Shown: positions 61,409-64,000 of the stretch, in pieces | Layout of the letters: every line of letters starts with the position of its first letter | Numbering within the stretch: the stretch's first letter is position 1 | From: Nemertoderma westbladi | Lineage: Eukaryota; Animalia; Xenacoelomorpha | Direction: 5' to 3' | Length of the DNA stretch: 64,000 nt | Assembly (NCBI GenBank): GCA_032718475.1 | Contig: JAUCBJ010006803.1 | Location: forward strand, 1-64,000 | Translations under genes and position numbers: made by a program | Notes under the pieces: model-generated | Database searches by the model: none | Seen by the model: the letters and a program-made list of their open reading frames with translations, nothing else | Told to the model about the DNA's origin: nothing

Positions 61409-62749
61409 CTAGGTAGGAAATTCCCTGTCTGGTAGAACAATAGGGGCTATTATGGTCCAGACGTAGATAATTATGCAAAACCAGGAGGATGAGATCTTAA
61501 CCCAGACTGCTGCCCAACTCCGGCTGGTGGTAGAATCAACCGAGGCGGCACTGGGACTGGACCACTCTGTTATGGTCATCATGAGATATAGACTAGCCAC
61601 CATCAGCATGCAATGGTACAGCGTGTAGCTGTAGGAGACATTGTCCACCTCGTTGTCGACGACTTTACCCTTCTCTGCGGTGTCTCCGTCGGTAGCAGTA
61701 ACTACCACTTCCCCTTCCTCAATCGGCCCGCAACAGCAGCAGAACTGGCCAGGTGCGGGATCCTCGCTGGAGACACTGCGGAGACTCGTGTAGGTTATCG
61801 TTACTATGGCAATAAGGACGCCGACAATGATGCCGATAATCTCGCTGTCGTTTATCTTGACTATGGTGTCTGGAGGTCCGCAGTAGAGACCGTCTGTAGG
61901 GGGTTCATTGGAGAAAGCCGACCAGGTTAGGTACATAACGAACAGGGATATAAAGGATGACTGTAGGAGGCCAGACCGTGGGTTGGCATTTTGTACCTGG
62001 GGTAGGATAGATAGGATACTAACAGCGACGCAAAGGATAAAGTTTATACTGACCACGGCCTTGTTGACTACACAGTGGGATTCATTGGCGTAATGGACGA
62101 GAATTACAATGAATATAGTGAGAGCCCCGACGAAAAACGTTGTCATAAAGACGCAAAGACCGATAAACCAAGCGAGTGCGCCGTCGCCTTCGTTGTAGTT
62201 GACAATCCATAACTTGTTCCAGATGTGCGCCAAGTCCACGAGTTGAAATAGTTGAGTTAGAATAAAGAAAAAACCGCCGACAAGACCGAAGTAGAACCAC
62301 ACGTTGGCGAATGTTGTCGGATTCGGGATATAGAATGCGCCCACGCATATTCCTATAAGAACGAGCAGTTTGAAAAACCAGAAACCGTTTTGTACCTTCG
62401 ATCTGATATCTTTGCTGGATTTCACTCCAATCATTAGTAGCGCCAATAGGAAGAAGAAGGCGGTAAATGCGAACATAAGTCTGTAAACAGCGGTGTAACC
62501 AACCATTAGCGAGCAATTGGACTGGGCCCCGATGTACTGGCAGAACTTATCGAATCCCGGGATCTTCATTAAGGAAGTTTGCACCGAGGGTATGAGCATG
62601 AGGAAACTTACACCCACTCCCATGAGTAGATAGATGGTGTACATGAGACGAGTTGTTACCGACGAGTTACAGGCACTGCAGCAACACGCACACGCCTGTC
62701 CTGTGAGACAACAGGCGGCCTGAGCCAAACAGCATCCTATGCCGCACAT
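61409..62749 (-). CDS. SERINC: Serine incorporator (SERINC/TDE/TMS family), intronless
   Basis: Cys-rich N-terminus, TRLMY, GYTAVYR, RSKVQNGFWFFK, PRSGLLQSS, YLTWSAFSNEP, WVKISSSW.C..IY.WT.IAP.VLPDREF. Paralog number not assignable. Confidence 0.95.
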   Translation of the reverse strand: MCGIGCCLAQAACCLTGQACACCCSACNSSVTTRLMYTIYLLMGVGVSFLMLIPSVQTSLMKIPGFDKFCQYIGAQSNCSLMVGYTAVYRLMFAFTAFFFLLALLMIGVKSSKDIRSKVQNGFWFFKLLVLIGICVGAFYIPNPTTFANVWFYFGLVGGFFFILTQLFQLVDLAHIWNKLWIVNYNEGDGALAWFIGLCVFMTTFFVGALTIFIVILVHYANESHCVVNKAVVSINFILCVAVSILSILPQVQNANPRSGLLQSSFISLFVMYLTWSAFSNEPPTDGLYCGPPDTIVKINDSEIIGIIVGVLIAIVTITYTSLRSVSSEDPAPGQFCCCCGPIEEGEVVVTATDGDTAEKGKVVDNEVDNVSYSYTLYHCMLMVASLYLMMTITEWSSPSAASVDSTTSRSWAAVWVKISSSWFCIIIYVWTIIAPIVLPDREFPT

Positions 62750-63070
62750 AACGCCGAGACTACGTTACCGGTACCAGGGAAGGTACCGGTAGCTAGCGAA
62801 CGTTTACCGCTTAGGTATTAGTGTACGGACGTACGGCGGTTCGGTCCGAGAACTGGTGCCGGGAGACGGAAACAACTGATAGTTCGGATAAGTTCTACAG
62901 ATGGTTAAAAGCACAGGAAATATACGGAACCGTCAGACCGTTGATTAGGTCTAACTACTCAACTACTGAAGTACAGAATACATAATTCTGTAATTGTTAT
63001 GTATCTGTTATAAAATATACTGCATAACATCGGGCAGTCGGGCGTTCATAAAGGGTCAATTACCAGTATT

Positions 63071-63495
63071 GTGGGGCGAGCCACGAAGTGAGTGAGCCTT
63101 AGCGTAGTGGTACCATTAATCAACCTGTCGTTCTGTCGTTCTGTCGTGTTCAATTTTAAACGTTAATAACTCGGCCAATCTTTGATGAAATCTATCCAAA
63201 CTTGGTACACATGTTGTATGGCAAAAGTTTAGAAATTTTCCAAGTAGAATTTCCGTGTGGCCTTCGAGAAGCTAAGATAATAGCAGTTAATTAGTTAATT
63301 AAGTTGATTACGGTAAAAACACCATTTTCAACCTGCCTTTTAAAGGAAATTAATTGTTTTACAGTATAAGACTTCAATAATTATACTTAAAAAATATACA
63401 GATGTAATCCGCATACTCCATTCTATTATAGTTTTTAATTAGTTCAAGTGATTTGCTTTAATAATCGTGTCTTTAATTGATCTAAAGTAATTAAA
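63071..63495 (+). repeat. Helentron/HINE-like dispersed repeat
   Basis: GTGGGGCGAGCCACGAAG start, short (CTGTCGTT)n tract, AAACTTGGTACACAT motif, and homology to 1877-2193. Confidence 0.55.
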
Positions 63496-64000
63496 CCGGC
63501 ATAAAAAATGTATTCTCATTAAATACTGCTCATTTATTGGTTAACATCCAAGTTGGCTTGATTCCCAGCAACACTTGAGGTATTCAGTCAGCCTTGCTTG
63601 TAAGAGGCAGACTGCTGCTGCTGCTAGTAGCCATCCATTCACTCACTCTCCATTGAACTGGCTGATTGGAGGTGTGTGTGTATCGGGTTCAATGACATTA
63701 ATATTATTACTAAAGTAACGTCGGGATGTTAATATTCACTGGAGCTATGAGTCTCTCTGGTTAGTTGAATGAATGAAATAAATAATTGTTTTACTGTTCC
63801 GAATATCAATGTTTATTTCTGTAGGCCAACTTACTGTATTATTATTTAATCTAAATGTACATAATAGTTTAAATAAATTATTTCACAATTTCATTCCAAT
63901 TCATACTGCTTACGCAACCATGCTAATTAGGTATATTAAATGGCAGGATTGTTTTTAATTAAAATTTTTACAGAGCAAACAAGTATATTGTATTTAACTG

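Overview
Eukaryotic, AT-rich, transposon-dense DNA, most likely from an invertebrate animal (species not identifiable from sequence). Host genes: intronless UBE2J2-like (-) and LETMD1-like (+) arranged head-to-head, three 5' exons of TEP1 (TROVE-vWA-DUF4062; the rest is not visible), and an intronless SERINC (-). Mobile DNA is deeply nested. An 8.4-kb Helitron (TC...CTAG, between A and T, spliced RepHel, itself interrupted by an RTE LINE) splits an OTU/vertnin-like MULE transposase mid-codon. Two related ~12-13 kb BEL/Pao-type LTR elements sit one inside the other in opposite orientation, each with its own 5-bp TSD. Both encode Gag-protease but lack RT, the RNase H core and integrase. The strongest novel signal is that neither has a tRNA-type PBS: the 11 nt right after each 5' LTR are the exact complement of an 11-mer inside that element's own LTR, with a compensatory base change between the two elements, suggesting Tf1-like self-primed reverse transcription in a BEL/Pao lineage. 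A tRNA-derived Pol III head fused directly to a minimal hammerhead ribozyme lies upstream of TEP1. All alignments and coordinates were read by eye and no database search was run.
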